Shown here: one piece after another, positions 28,980-39,173 of the stretch | Numbering within the stretch: position 1 is the stretch's first letter | Layout: each line of letters starts with the position of its first letter | DNA from: Kiritimatiellia bacterium | GTDB lineage: Bacteria; Verrucomicrobiota; Kiritimatiellia; RFP12; UBA1067 | Direction of reading: 5' to 3' | Length of the DNA stretch: 64,000 nucleotides | Assembly (NCBI GenBank): GCA_050949565.1 | Contig: JBMNFY010000017.1 | Span: forward strand, 128,001-192,000 | Program-made: the position numbers and the translations under genes | Notes under the pieces: generated by a model | Databases searched by the model: none | What the model was told of the DNA's origin: nothing | Seen by the model: the letters and a program-made list of their open reading frames with translations, nothing else

Positions 28980-30032
28980 TTACTTTTTCGCTGCCTTCAG
29001 TATCACGCGCAAAGCCTCTCCGCGTTCCATCAATTCGAACGCTTGCGCGAAATGCTCCAGCGGCAGCGTATGCGTAACCAGACTGCCGAACGGCATGTTG
29101 TCGCGCGCGAGCATCCGTACCGCCTCCGTCACATGCGCCGACGTGGAATCACTGGTACCGACCACCCGCAATTCGCCGTAGTGGATCAATCGGCTATCGA
29201 CATCCAACGCACTCTTACCGACAGGCAGCGAGGCAAAGAGACAGACCGTGCCGCGCTTGCGGACCAGCGTCAACGCCTGCTCCTGCGGTTGCGCGGCCGG
29301 TGCCGTTACAATCACGACATCCGCCCCCAGCCCGCCGCTCTCATCCTTCACCAAACGCGTCAGATCCTCATGCGCGGGATCGACCAGCCGATCAAAGCCG
29401 AACGCGGCGCACCGTGCCAGACGGGCGGGATTGGTCTCGGAAATGATTACCTTGGCGGCACCCGACGCGCACGCCGCAAGACCGTTCAGAATCCCCATCG
29501 GTCCCGCCCCCATCACCAGCACCGTGTCGCCGCACGACACCCCGCTGTTCAGGCAGGCATTCACCGCGCAGCTCAACGGTTCGGCCAGTGCCGCCCGTGA
29601 TGCCTCGAGACCTTCCGGCACCTTGATAACGTGTCCGCCGCGCACCGCTAACGCAGGAATCGCCACGTATTCCGCCATACCCCCGTCGTACGCAAACCCC
29701 ATCGGCCGCACGTCCGGACACAAGTTGCGCCAACCGCGTTGGCAGTACGCACACACACCGCACGCCACCGATGTCGCCATCACCACACGCATGCCGGGCG
29801 CAAAATCAGAACCAGCACGACTCTCCACGACTACGCCACAAAACTCGTGTCCCATCACCACCGGCGGACGCATTCGCGGGTTGCCGCTGCGAAACGCCTT
29901 CAGGTCCGATCCGCATACCGCACAGGCCTCCACCTCCACCAACAGTCCGCCATCTTCGCAAACCGGCGCAGGTATGCTTTCCGCTCGCACATCGCCCTTG
30001 CCGTGATACACCACAGCCAGCATCTTCAGCAT
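28980..30032 (-). CDS. Zinc-dependent (sugar) alcohol dehydrogenase, L-iditol/sorbitol dehydrogenase-like
   Basis: CGSD, GHEF, CGVCAYC...C structural Zn site, GAGPMG. Confidence 0.88.
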   Translation of the reverse strand: MLKMLAVVYHGKGDVRAESIPAPVCEDGGLLVEVEACAVCGSDLKAFRSGNPRMRPPVVMGHEFCGVVVESRAGSDFAPGMRVVMATSVACGVCAYCQRGWRNLCPDVRPMGFAYDGGMAEYVAIPALAVRGGHVIKVPEGLEASRAALAEPLSCAVNACLNSGVSCGDTVLVMGAGPMGILNGLAACASGAAKVIISETNPARLARCAAFGFDRLVDPAHEDLTRLVKDESGGLGADVVIVTAPAAQPQEQALTLVRKRGTVCLFASLPVGKSALDVDSRLIHYGELRVVGTSDSTSAHVTEAVRMLARDNMPFGSLVTHTLPLEHFAQAFELMERGEALRVILKAAKK

Positions 30033-30712
30033 CCTTCCGGCGCACCGTCCAGAATCTTGTCGGATGCACTGACGCCCAGACGGTCCGCGCCCATGCGCAC
30101 GTAGCGCACGGCCGTCTCCCAGTCGCGGATGCCGCCCGAGGGCTTGACCTTGGCGCGCCCCGCGCAGCGTTCGAGCATCACCCCGACCGCCTCCGGCGTG
30201 GCGCCCTCACCGTTGAAGCCGGTGGAGGTCTTCACAAAGTCCGCGCCGGCCTGAATGGCAAGCTCGCACGCGCGGGCCACTTGGTCCAACGTCAGCAGCG
30301 CGGTCTCCAGAATCACTTTGACCAACACCCCGTGCGGCTTGGCCTCGGCCACAACTGCCGCGATGTCGCGCCGCACATAGTCGTCGTCGCCCGAGAGAAA
30401 CTTGCCGATGTTCATCACCATGTCCAGTTCGTCCGCGCCATCCTCAATGGCCAGCCGGGCTTCGAGTGCCTTCACCTCAGAGCGGTTCGCGCCGTGCGGG
30501 AAGCCCACCACGACCGCAACGGTCGTCGCGGAATCCTTGAGCAACGTCGCCGCAAGCGCCGTATCCGTGGGACGCACACACAAGTTGCCGACCCCGCGCG
30601 CCGCGCACAAAGCCGCGTTCCTGCGGATGTCGTCATCGGTCATCGCCGGCTTCAACACCGCATGGTCCATCATCTTCGCCACACTCTCTTTTGTGATCTC
30701 TCGCTCGCTCAT
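30026..30712 (-). CDS. deoC: Deoxyribose-phosphate aldolase (DeoC family)
   Basis: DHAVLKP, VVGFPHG, KVILET, DFVKTSTGF, KPSGGIR; RBS AGGAGG before MSEREIT. Confidence 0.85.
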   Translation of the reverse strand: MSEREITKESVAKMMDHAVLKPAMTDDDIRRNAALCAARGVGNLCVRPTDTALAATLLKDSATTVAVVVGFPHGANRSEVKALEARLAIEDGADELDMVMNIGKFLSGDDDYVRRDIAAVVAEAKPHGVLVKVILETALLTLDQVARACELAIQAGADFVKTSTGFNGEGATPEAVGVMLERCAGRAKVKPSGGIRDWETAVRYVRMGADRLGVSASDKILDGAPEGC

Positions 30713-30732
30713 CGCACCCTCCTGACGCACTA

Positions 30733-31527
30733 TCAATGCATCTCCCGTCCGCCGGTGATGTTGACCGCCTGGCCGGTCATGTAGTCCGCACCAGACGAAC
30801 AGAGGAAGACGGTCACATCCACCACATCCTCGATACTGGCCAAGCGGCCGAGCGGCACCTTGGCGGTGAACTGCTTGACGACTTGCTCGCGCGTCTGCTT
30901 GAGGTTATCGATGTAGTTGGCGGACATAAAGTTCCACACACCTGTTTGGTCCGTGATGCCGGGACAAACGCAGTTCACCTGGATGCCGTCCTTGGCGAAC
31001 TCATACGCCAACGCCTGTGTCAGCGTGATGATCGCACCCTTGGCTGCCGAATAGTGGCTGCATAAAGCCGAACCAGTCTTGCCGGATTTCGAAGCAAAAT
31101 TCACGATCTTGCCGGACTTGCGCGCCTTCATCAGGGGCACGACATGCTTGATGAAAAAGAAGGTGCCTTTGCAGTTCACCGCAAAGACAAAATCCCACTC
31201 TTTTTCAGTAATCTCTTCAACGGGCTTTTGACCCGCCACACCCGCGACATTCACGAGGATGTCGATCGTTTTGTCGAACCGTGTTGCGGCGAGTTCCACC
31301 ACCGCCTTGACGCGCGACTCGTCCGTCACATCAGCGGCCAGCCCCGCCACATCGTATCCGGCGGATGTCAATTCTGCGACAACCGCATCAACCGTATCTT
31401 GCTTGAGATCCGTGACGACCACCCGTGCGCCGCGCTGGGCCAACCCCAGCGCGACGCCCTTACCGATCGCACCGGCCGCGCCGGTCACCAGTGCCGTCTT
31501 GCCCTTGAAATCCAAAAAGTTACGCAT
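30733..31527 (-). CDS. SDR family oxidoreductase (sorbitol-6-phosphate dehydrogenase-like)
   Basis: TGAAGAIG, SKSGK, YSAAK, VPLGR, YMTGQAVNITGG. Confidence 0.85.
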   Translation of the reverse strand: MRNFLDFKGKTALVTGAAGAIGKGVALGLAQRGARVVVTDLKQDTVDAVVAELTSAGYDVAGLAADVTDESRVKAVVELAATRFDKTIDILVNVAGVAGQKPVEEITEKEWDFVFAVNCKGTFFFIKHVVPLMKARKSGKIVNFASKSGKTGSALCSHYSAAKGAIITLTQALAYEFAKDGIQVNCVCPGITDQTGVWNFMSANYIDNLKQTREQVVKQFTAKVPLGRLASIEDVVDVTVFLCSSGADYMTGQAVNITGGREMH

Positions 31528-31533
31528 CGCTTC

Positions 31534-32658
31534 TTACCTGAACAGGTTCAGGAAGGGGCAGCCACCTGTGCCCAGATCAATGACGCTGACGGTGTGTACG
31601 TTATCGTTCACCGTATTCAACAGCCCCGGGAACTTCATGTCGAAATTCACGACGATCAGCTTGTCGCCCCACACCATCGGCTCGCACGGCTGATCCAGCA
31701 GACCGTCGGCACCGTCAGTGTCCCCGTTTTCCCACAGCAGTCCCAGCGTCCCTGCCTTGATATCCCAGTAGCGCACCGCGTTACGCTCGGAGTCGGTAAT
31801 GATGACCCAGTTCTTTTGGGGGTAATAGCAGATGCCGTCGCAGCTCGGGAAGATCTTGGGATCGTAGATGAGCGTCTCGGGCTTGGCATAGGAGCCATCG
31901 CGCTGCATGCGCATGATGTAGAAGTGACCGTCGCCGAAGTTTCCGACGTAGATGTTGCCCTCCTTGTCAAAGCACATGCCGTCAGCGGCGGCGGCATCCT
32001 TGCGGTGCGGCAACGGGGTGGTTTCCGTGACCCCGATGCAGTACGGATCCCGTTGCCACTGGTCCTTGGGCAGCAACCGCACCGGACGTTCGCTGAAGGC
32101 GCTGAACGGTACGCGGTAAACCCCACCAAGATTCTTATCCTTAAGGTCGAAGAAGGTCTCGGTGAAGTAGATGGCATTGCCGCGCACGCGCACCGCGTTG
32201 GCGAGCTTGATATTTTCAACCACCGGCTCAATGCGCTGCGGCTCGCCCTTCTTGTCGATCACCACGCGCATGATGCGCGACTTGTAGTTCTTGTTGTTGA
32301 AGTACTGGTTGTCGCAGTAGTAGAGCGTGCCGTCCTCCGCGAACTCAATGCCCATCGGCGCACCGCGCCCGGTCTCGGGATGGACCAGTGCCGTCATGAA
32401 GATCGACCATTTCCCGGTCCGCTTGTCCATCTTCATGATGGCCCCCGGATAGGACGGATCCACAAAATTGGGTGCCGACATGTAGATGTTGCCGTGCCGG
32501 TCTTGCGTCAATCCGTCCGGCGTGTTGACATGATCGCCGAACTGCTTGAAGAGCTTGGGCCGATACCGTTCATTCACCATCTCTGCGGCCTCTGCCGTCT
32601 GCATCGACGTCGCCACCACCAGCCCACAAACCAAACCCGCCCACACCATACGCTTCAT
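31534..32658 (-). CDS. Secreted SMP-30/gluconolactonase-family beta-propeller
   Basis: Start MKRMVWAG with signal peptide; TPDG, PMG, ANA, ADGMCFDKEGNIYV, CDG repeats. Confidence 0.75.
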   Translation of the reverse strand: MKRMVWAGLVCGLVVATSMQTAEAAEMVNERYRPKLFKQFGDHVNTPDGLTQDRHGNIYMSAPNFVDPSYPGAIMKMDKRTGKWSIFMTALVHPETGRGAPMGIEFAEDGTLYYCDNQYFNNKNYKSRIMRVVIDKKGEPQRIEPVVENIKLANAVRVRGNAIYFTETFFDLKDKNLGGVYRVPFSAFSERPVRLLPKDQWQRDPYCIGVTETTPLPHRKDAAAADGMCFDKEGNIYVGNFGDGHFYIMRMQRDGSYAKPETLIYDPKIFPSCDGICYYPQKNWVIITDSERNAVRYWDIKAGTLGLLWENGDTDGADGLLDQPCEPMVWGDKLIVVNFDMKFPGLLNTVNDNVHTVSVIDLGTGGCPFLNLFR

Positions 32659-32784
32659 GATGGATTCCTTTCTTTTAACCTGTACCCGGACGTTGATAAG
32701 CCCACACAGGGTCACCCTCGACCCCAGTCGAGCGCATGTTTTAGATCGTACCATGCCATCGCCTTTTTGGCAACGCCAACTCTC

Positions 32785-32840
32785 CGATTTTTTTATTTTA
32801 TTTTTCGTATTGCTTTCGAAATCATTATTTATTACTTTGT
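32785..32840. promoter_or_regulatory. AT-rich divergent control region with repeated TTTCG, a possible DeoR/AgaR-type operator
   Basis: TTTTTCGTATTGCTTTCGAAATC lies between the divergent catabolic and regulator operons; the assignment is inference. Confidence 0.35.
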
Positions 32841-32906
32841 GGTCTGGATCGGAGGTAATCAGGTTGTTGCGGTTCTGTCGGCCCCGGGAACACTTTTGAG
32901 CATTCA

Positions 32907-34397
32907 ATGATGACGGTAAAAAAACATACACGCATCCTGCCGGTGCTGATGTGCGCCGTATGGACATGCGCAGCCGAACAAAAAGCGGCGCTCACCTGTG
33001 ATGTCGCTGTCATCGGCGGTGGCAGCGCCGGATTCGCGGCAGCGTGGTCCGCCGCACATCTCGGCTCCTCTGTCATCCTCGTCGAAAAGGAGTCGATGCT
33101 GGGCGGGACCTCCACCCTCGGCGGCGTCAACAACTGGGAGCCGGGCATGGGCGGAACAGGTGTGCCCTATCGTGTCTATCAGCGTTTGCGGCAGATTCCC
33201 GGCGTTGCCGGCGTCTATCGCTTTGACCGTCACCTCGCCTGGCGCAAGCCGTGGGAGAAGTACACCTTCCCCGGCGGCATGATCGAAACCGATCCCTGCG
33301 TCTCCTACGCCCACACCCTGCGCCGCCACGGCCCCGGCATGGGCAACGAGGCGTGGTTCCGCGAACACTGCCGCGGCGTGATCTTCGAGCCGGACGCCAT
33401 GGCGGAAACCATGCTGGCCATGTTAAATGAAACCGGGCGCTGCCGCGTGCTGCTCAACACGGCTTTCTGCGAGGCGCGCCACGCGGACGGCACGGTCAGC
33501 GCGGTCTCGCTCAGCGACGGCACGGTCGTGCGCGCGAAAATCTTCATCGACGCTACGGACGCCGCGCTCTGCGCCCAACTCGGTTGCGAACTGATGACTG
33601 GACGCGACCGCCGTGCCGACTTCAACGAGCCCGGCGCACCACCGGAGCCGCTCATGCGTCTCAACGGCGCCACCCTCATGTATCGCATTACGCCGCTCGC
33701 GAAAAATGAGCCCGACCTGATTGAACCGCTGCCCGAGGGCATTCCCGAAAAATGCTGGTGGCAAGGTGGCTTCCCGGTTGCGTTCGTCGGTCAATATCCG
33801 AAGGGCGGCCGCTTTGTCAACATGCTGCCGACCATGCGCGGCGAAGAGTATCTCGAGCTAGGTCCCGAGAAAGCGTATGCGGAGTGCCGCCGCCGCGTGT
33901 TGGCGCACTGGCATTGGTATCAGAAGAACTACGACGAGTTCCGGCGCTTCCGGCTGAAATCGATCTTTCCGGTCATGGGCGTGCGCGAGACCCGCCGTGT
34001 GCGTGGCGAATATGTGCTCAACCAGCGCGACCTGATCGCGACGCTTGCCAATCAAAAACACGACGACATCATCGCCATCGCCGACCACCCGATGGACAAC
34101 CACGGCGGCGGCGGACCGAGCGGTGAGTTGAAAGGCCCCTACGGCATTCCGTATCGTTGTCTGTTGCCGTTGAAAACCACGAATGTCCTGATTGCCGGAC
34201 GCGCTGCCAGTTTCAGTGCCATCGCAGCTTCAAGCTGCCGCCTTTCCCGCACCATGATGCAACTCGGGCAGGCAGCCGGTACAGCCGCGCATCTGTCGTG
34301 TTCGGGCAGTGTCCCGCTGCGCGAGGTACAGGCTTCTGAGATCCGCCGCGTGATGGCGGAGCGCATCGACCAATTTGTGAAAGAACTCGCTGAATGA
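32907..34397 (+). CDS. FAD-dependent oxidoreductase (FAD_oxidored family), signal peptide
   Basis: DVAVIGGGSAG, LVEKESMLGG, FIDAT, GVRETRR, YGIPYRCL, MQLGQAAG. Confidence 0.85.
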   Translation: MMTVKKHTRILPVLMCAVWTCAAEQKAALTCDVAVIGGGSAGFAAAWSAAHLGSSVILVEKESMLGGTSTLGGVNNWEPGMGGTGVPYRVYQRLRQIPGVAGVYRFDRHLAWRKPWEKYTFPGGMIETDPCVSYAHTLRRHGPGMGNEAWFREHCRGVIFEPDAMAETMLAMLNETGRCRVLLNTAFCEARHADGTVSAVSLSDGTVVRAKIFIDATDAALCAQLGCELMTGRDRRADFNEPGAPPEPLMRLNGATLMYRITPLAKNEPDLIEPLPEGIPEKCWWQGGFPVAFVGQYPKGGRFVNMLPTMRGEEYLELGPEKAYAECRRRVLAHWHWYQKNYDEFRRFRLKSIFPVMGVRETRRVRGEYVLNQRDLIATLANQKHDDIIAIADHPMDNHGGGGPSGELKGPYGIPYRCLLPLKTTNVLIAGRAASFSAIAASSCRLSRTMMQLGQAAGTAAHLSCSGSVPLREVQASEIRRVMAERIDQFVKELAE

Positions 34398-35146
34398 CCA
34401 AAAAACGCAATCGGAAACAGCAGATCCTTGAACTGCTGATGGAGCAGCCTGAACTCTCCGTCAGTGAGCTGAGCCGCCACTTCGGTGTATCGGAGGTCAC
34501 GATCCGCAGTGACCTAAGGGAACTTGAGGCTCAAGGCCATCTGGTGCGCCAGCACGGCGGCGGCCTGCCGACCCTGCACACCAATGTGGCCGAGCGCCAG
34601 CGCGCGCGCATCGACGAGAAGACCCGTATCGCGCGCGCGGCCGCCGACCTGATCAGCGATCTCGACGACGTGATGATCACCGCGGGCACCACCACCTCGT
34701 TGATTCCCCGCTTCCTGATCGGCCGACAGGGCGTAAACATCGTGACCAACTCCACCCTGCTGCTGCCCTTCGTGCGCCACACCCCCGGTCTCTCAGTGAC
34801 CCTCACCGGCGGCGAGTTCCGTCCCGCGATCGAAGCACTGACCGGACCGGCCACGATCCGTGAACTTGAGCAATTTCATGTCGGCAAAGCGTTTCTGGGA
34901 TCAGACGGCATCACCGCCGACAAAGGCACCACTGCGGACGGCGCGGATATTGCCGACGTCTGCCGCCGCATGTCACAGCAGGCACGTCAGACCATCGTGC
35001 TGGCCGATGCCTCCAAACTCGGGCGCGAAGGTTTCGCTCACATCATGCCTGCATCCGAAATCGACATCCTGATCACCGACACCGCCGCCCCGCAAGACGA
35101 AGTCGAACGTCTCCGCAAGAAGGGTGTCGATGTCCGAATGGTGTGA
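34394..35146 (+). CDS. DeoR/GlpR family transcriptional regulator
   Basis: HTH FGVSEVTIRSDL; sensor domain AGTTT, VTNS, LTGGE, LADASK. Confidence 0.93.
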   Translation: MTKKRNRKQQILELLMEQPELSVSELSRHFGVSEVTIRSDLRELEAQGHLVRQHGGGLPTLHTNVAERQRARIDEKTRIARAAADLISDLDDVMITAGTTTSLIPRFLIGRQGVNIVTNSTLLLPFVRHTPGLSVTLTGGEFRPAIEALTGPATIRELEQFHVGKAFLGSDGITADKGTTADGADIADVCRRMSQQARQTIVLADASKLGREGFAHIMPASEIDILITDTAAPQDEVERLRKKGVDVRMV

Positions 35147-35289
35147 GGTTCCTAGCCCCTCCCTTTTCGTGTCGAGAAAACGGAAGCTTTCAACTCCCCC
35201 CCTGATGGTGTAACATAACTGCGTTTTTATTCCATCGCAAAGCAGTCTTTGTGAACCGGCCGTGAAACTGTGCCGACAAGGAGCGAAAC

Positions 35290-35880
35290 ATGAAGCATGC
35301 ATCAACACGTCGTGCGTTTCTGGTGCAAGCTGGCAAGGCGGGAACCCTGCTGGCTGGGGCAGCCGCCCTGACCGGACACGCCAACAACCCAAAAACGGAG
35401 GCAAAGCAAAAAATGGCAGATAACAAGAAAATCTTGGTTGCGGCGGATCCCTTCGCCGTGTCGCTTAAAGATCAGATCGTCGCGTTCTTGAAAGAGAAAG
35501 GGTATGAGGTAACGGACTACAGCAAGGCGCAAGGTCAGGACCGCCCGTACTACGACAGCGCAGTCGCGGTCTGCGAAGCCATGCAGGCGGGAGCGGCTCC
35601 GCGTGCCATCCTCTTCTGCGGCACGGGCATGGGCATGTCGATCGTGGCCAACCGTTTCAAAGGCGTGACCGCCGCCGTCGTCGAGTCGGTTTTCGCCGCT
35701 AAGATGTGCCGCGCCATCAACAACGCCAATGTGCTCTGTCTCGGCCAGATGATCTGGGGTCCGGACATGGCCAAAGCTGCGGTCGAAACATTCCTGAACA
35801 CGAAATTCACGGAAGGTCTTGAGGGCCTCTCCGAATTCCTGCACGGTGCCTGCAAGAAGGTCGAATCCATCCGGCCCTAA
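35290..35880 (+). CDS. RpiB/LacA/LacB family isomerase with Tat-like N-terminal extension (alternative start at 35413)
   Basis: CGTGMGMSIVANR and NNANVLCLG; N-terminus STRRAFL followed by a hydrophobic stretch; RBS-like GGAG before both ATGs. Confidence 0.85.
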   Translation: MKHASTRRAFLVQAGKAGTLLAGAAALTGHANNPKTEAKQKMADNKKILVAADPFAVSLKDQIVAFLKEKGYEVTDYSKAQGQDRPYYDSAVAVCEAMQAGAAPRAILFCGTGMGMSIVANRFKGVTAAVVESVFAAKMCRAINNANVLCLGQMIWGPDMAKAAVETFLNTKFTEGLEGLSEFLHGACKKVESIRP

Positions 35881-35921
35881 TGCCCTCGGATAGTGCTTAA
35901 ATAACTAAAAGGTGACTCAAT

Positions 35922-36998
35922 ATGGATCAACACGCTCTTGACCTCTTGCAGGCCTTGGTGGCCTTGCCGACGCCGACCGGATTCGAGTACGACGGCATGG
36001 CCTTGCTCTCTCAGTATCTGAAGAAGGCTGCGGTGCCCAATCTCGCCATCGACGTCCACGGCAATCTGCGCGCCTGCCTCAACCCCGACGCGCCGCTGCG
36101 AGTCATGATCGAAGGCCACTGCGATGAAATCGGCTTCATGGTGCAGTACATCGACGACGACGGGTTCCTCTACATGTGCCCGCTCGGCGGAGTGACCGTG
36201 CCGCTGGTCGCGGCCGAGCGTATTGTGATCCAAGGCCGGAACGGCAACGTGTTCGGCGTGTTCGGGGTGCGTCCGCCCCACCTGATGTCTGCCAAAGACA
36301 GGGAAAAGGTCGCGCCGCAGGAGTTCAAGGACATCGCCGTCGATATCGGCGCGCGCACACGCGAAGAGGCGCTGGAGCTTGTTGATCTCGGCAGTCCCGC
36401 GGTCGTCGATGCCGGCTGGCGTCCGCTCGCAAACAACCGCGTGGCGTGCCGCGGCTTTGACAACCGCATCGGCGCGTTCATTGTGACCGAAGCCATGCGC
36501 CGCCTGGCCGGCGAGAAACTTCCGGTCGCGTTGCACATGGTCGCCAGCGTGCAGGAAGAGATCGGCTTGGTCGGTGGCATCACCACCGCGTATGACATCA
36601 ATCCCCATATCGGCCTGTGCGTGGACGTGACCTTTGCCGCCGATGCCCAGAAAGATGACCGCAAGGTCGTGGGCGACATCCGTTTGGGCGGCGGCCCCGT
36701 CATCGGCGTGGGGCCCACCTACCACACAACCTTGAACCGTCTGATCACCGACGCGGCCGCAGCCGCCAAACTGACTGTGCAGCGTCAAGTGCGCGGACGC
36801 GGCACCGGCACCTGTGCCTGGGCCATGCGTCTCTCGCGCTCCGGCGCGGCGGTGGCGCAACTCAGCATCCCGCTGCGTTACATGCACAGCCCGGTCGAGG
36901 TCCTCAGCTTGGACGACGCATCCCAGACGATCGACCTGCTTTGCGCGGCGATCCGCGCCATCCCGGCCGACATCGACCTGCGCCCCCCGCAGCCGTAA
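35922..36998 (+). CDS. M42 family metallopeptidase
   Basis: GHCDEIG, FDNRIG, QEEIG, VDVT, RYMHSP. Confidence 0.9.
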   Translation: MDQHALDLLQALVALPTPTGFEYDGMALLSQYLKKAAVPNLAIDVHGNLRACLNPDAPLRVMIEGHCDEIGFMVQYIDDDGFLYMCPLGGVTVPLVAAERIVIQGRNGNVFGVFGVRPPHLMSAKDREKVAPQEFKDIAVDIGARTREEALELVDLGSPAVVDAGWRPLANNRVACRGFDNRIGAFIVTEAMRRLAGEKLPVALHMVASVQEEIGLVGGITTAYDINPHIGLCVDVTFAADAQKDDRKVVGDIRLGGGPVIGVGPTYHTTLNRLITDAAAAAKLTVQRQVRGRGTGTCAWAMRLSRSGAAVAQLSIPLRYMHSPVEVLSLDDASQTIDLLCAAIRAIPADIDLRPPQP

Positions 36999-37007
36999 CT
37001 GCTGCCT

Positions 37008-38161
37008 ATGCCGTCCTTCCCGATCACCTGCCTGCTCGATCAGCCCGCGCCCAGCGAGACCTTTATCCGGCGCGAGTTGGATCTGCTCAGGCAGCGTGGT
37101 TGGCCGTTGACGGTGCGCCTGTTAAAGGGGCAGCCCGGAGCATTGCCGTTTGTCTGGCGGACGCTCCCCGCCGCAGACCGCAGGGCGCTGCTCCGTGCCG
37201 CTGGCCGCCGTCTGCGTGAGGAACTGCCGCGCGCATCGGTAACGGCGGCCCGTCTGTTGCGCCGCCTGCCCCAGGGTGCCGCCCTGCTTCACGCGGTACA
37301 GCACGACGGCACCCGTTTGCTTCACGCGCAGTTCGCCGGCATCACCGCCGATCTGGCCGGTCTCGCGGCACAGGCCGCCGGTCTGCCGTGGAGCTGCGCC
37401 GTCCACGCGCGTGACGTTTTCGCGGTGTCGCCTCCCCTGCTCTACCGACGTCTACGCAGCGCCGCCGCTGTGACCGCCTGCTCGCAACAAGCCGCAAATG
37501 CCGTGATCGCTTGCGGTATTCCGGCTGCAAACGTTCACGTCATCCACCACGGCCTGCCGCTGGCACACTTCCCGTTTGACCCCGCACGCGAAGGTCCTAC
37601 GCTCTTTTTACCGCCTGCCGACTGGAAGAAAAAAAGGGGCTCGACACCCTGCTGCACGCTTGCGCATGCCTTGCCCGGCGCGACATACAAGGTTCACCTG
37701 TGTGATCGCCGGTAGCGGCCCGCTCGAACGCGACCTGCATGCCCTCGTGCGACGGCTATCGCTCGATACCGCCGTCACCTTCACCGGCTGGCTCACGCAA
37801 GAGGAGATCCGTGCCCATCTGCTGGCCGCACGCGCCGTGGCGTTACCGTCACGTCGTACCGCCGATGGCGACCGCGACGGCATCGCCAACATCCTGCTGG
37901 AGGCGATGGCGCTCGGCACGCCAGTCGTCACGACCGAAGCCGGTGCCGCCGGTGAAGTGCATCGAGGATCGCGTGAACGGCCGTCTGGTGCCGCCCGACG
38001 ATCCGGATGCGCTGGCCGACGCGCTTGAGGAACTGCTGCGCGAGGAAGACGCCGCACGTGTGCTGACACAAGCCGCGCGGACAACAATCGAGTCACGCTT
38101 CGACGCTGAAAAAAACATCACGGCACTCGAAGCGTTCTTTGCGCAAGCGCAAAGAAAATAA
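37008..38161 (+). pseudogene. GT4 glycosyltransferase interrupted by three frameshifts (~37607, ~37690, ~37960)
   Basis: Reconstructed HAQFA...HHG...[fs]TACRLEEKKGLDTLL[fs]FTCVIAGSGPL...DRDGIANILLEAMALGTPVV...GEV[fs]IEDRVNGRLVPPDDP. Confidence 0.8.
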
Positions 38162-38164
38162 GCG

Positions 38165-38228
38165 GTCGATAGAATCGAGCGAAAGTTCGAAAGATTCGAT
38201 TCCGTCGATTCTTTCGATTCCCTCGACT
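38165..38228. repeat. 9-mer TCGA-core repeats between convergent genes
   Basis: TCGATAGAATCGAGCG...TTCGATTCCGTCGATTCTTTCGATTCCCTCGA. Confidence 0.6.
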
Positions 38229-38231
38229 ACT

Positions 38232-39167
38232 CTACCCCTGCGTCCACGCTCGCCGCACGAAGCCCAGAGATTTGGTGAGTTCGGTTGTTTTGACCTGCGG
38301 CGAAGGCTCGAACACCTTAAGAACCGCGTCCACCGCGTAGAAATTGAAATCAGCAAAATCGATCGCGCCCTGTCCCGGCGGCAAATGGTCATGCGTGGGT
38401 GGTAGCGCGTCATGGATATGGATGCCACGCGTGAATGGCAGAAGCGCGCGCGCCGCATCAACATGACGGATCAGGCCCAAGTTGGCGCGCACCTGCCCGT
38501 GGCCCATGTCATGCCAATAGGCCAACGCCGGCGTATCGAAGCGCCGCTTCAGCATCGCCATCTCGCCCTCATCAGGAAACGCTTCGATCGATGGCAGATT
38601 CTCGAGACACAATGCAAGACCGGCTTTCTCAAACTCCGGCAGCAGCGTGTTGAGCGACAAGCAGAAGCGATCAAAAATTTTACGGACACGCGCCGTACGC
38701 CGACGCCGTGCCTTGGCTAACAGTCGCTGATACGCAGGAGCCTCGATCGCGCCCTCATTCTCAAGCGCGTTGACCAGTGTACCGGTGTGCAGCTTACTAT
38801 ACCAGGCGTCCAAGAAAACACGTCCTGCATGCAGCACCACGGCTCGCGCACCGATTGAGGCCCCAAACTCCAGCGTACGGCGCAACATGATCGCGGCCAT
38901 GGCCCGGTCGTCATCGTCCTTCGATGCCAGCAGATAGAGTTCGGGATAGCCGTGCGGCGCACCCAACGGCACCGGACAGAAGGCATGTACGCTATCCACC
39001 ACCACCTCGCCGGCCTCGACTTTCCGGCGCACACCGGCAGCCAGTTCCTCCGTCGTGAGGTAGCCCAATTCTAGAGCGTCAAACCCCATGCCGAGGATTT
39101 CATCGACCAGCAACTCGCCCGCCTCATGGCGCGCGGCATTCCAGTTGGTTGAAAGCGCGATCCGCAT
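38232..39167 (-). CDS. Sugar-phosphate isomerase/epimerase family TIM barrel
   Basis: LELG, SVHAF, VLHAG, CLEN, WHDMGH, IHIHD, DHLPPGQG, VFEP. Confidence 0.8.
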   Translation of the reverse strand: MRIALSTNWNAARHEAGELLVDEILGMGFDALELGYLTTEELAAGVRRKVEAGEVVVDSVHAFCPVPLGAPHGYPELYLLASKDDDDRAMAAIMLRRTLEFGASIGARAVVLHAGRVFLDAWYSKLHTGTLVNALENEGAIEAPAYQRLLAKARRRRTARVRKIFDRFCLSLNTLLPEFEKAGLALCLENLPSIEAFPDEGEMAMLKRRFDTPALAYWHDMGHGQVRANLGLIRHVDAARALLPFTRGIHIHDALPPTHDHLPPGQGAIDFADFNFYAVDAVLKVFEPSPQVKTTELTKSLGFVRRAWTQG

Positions 39168-39173
39168 GGCAGA

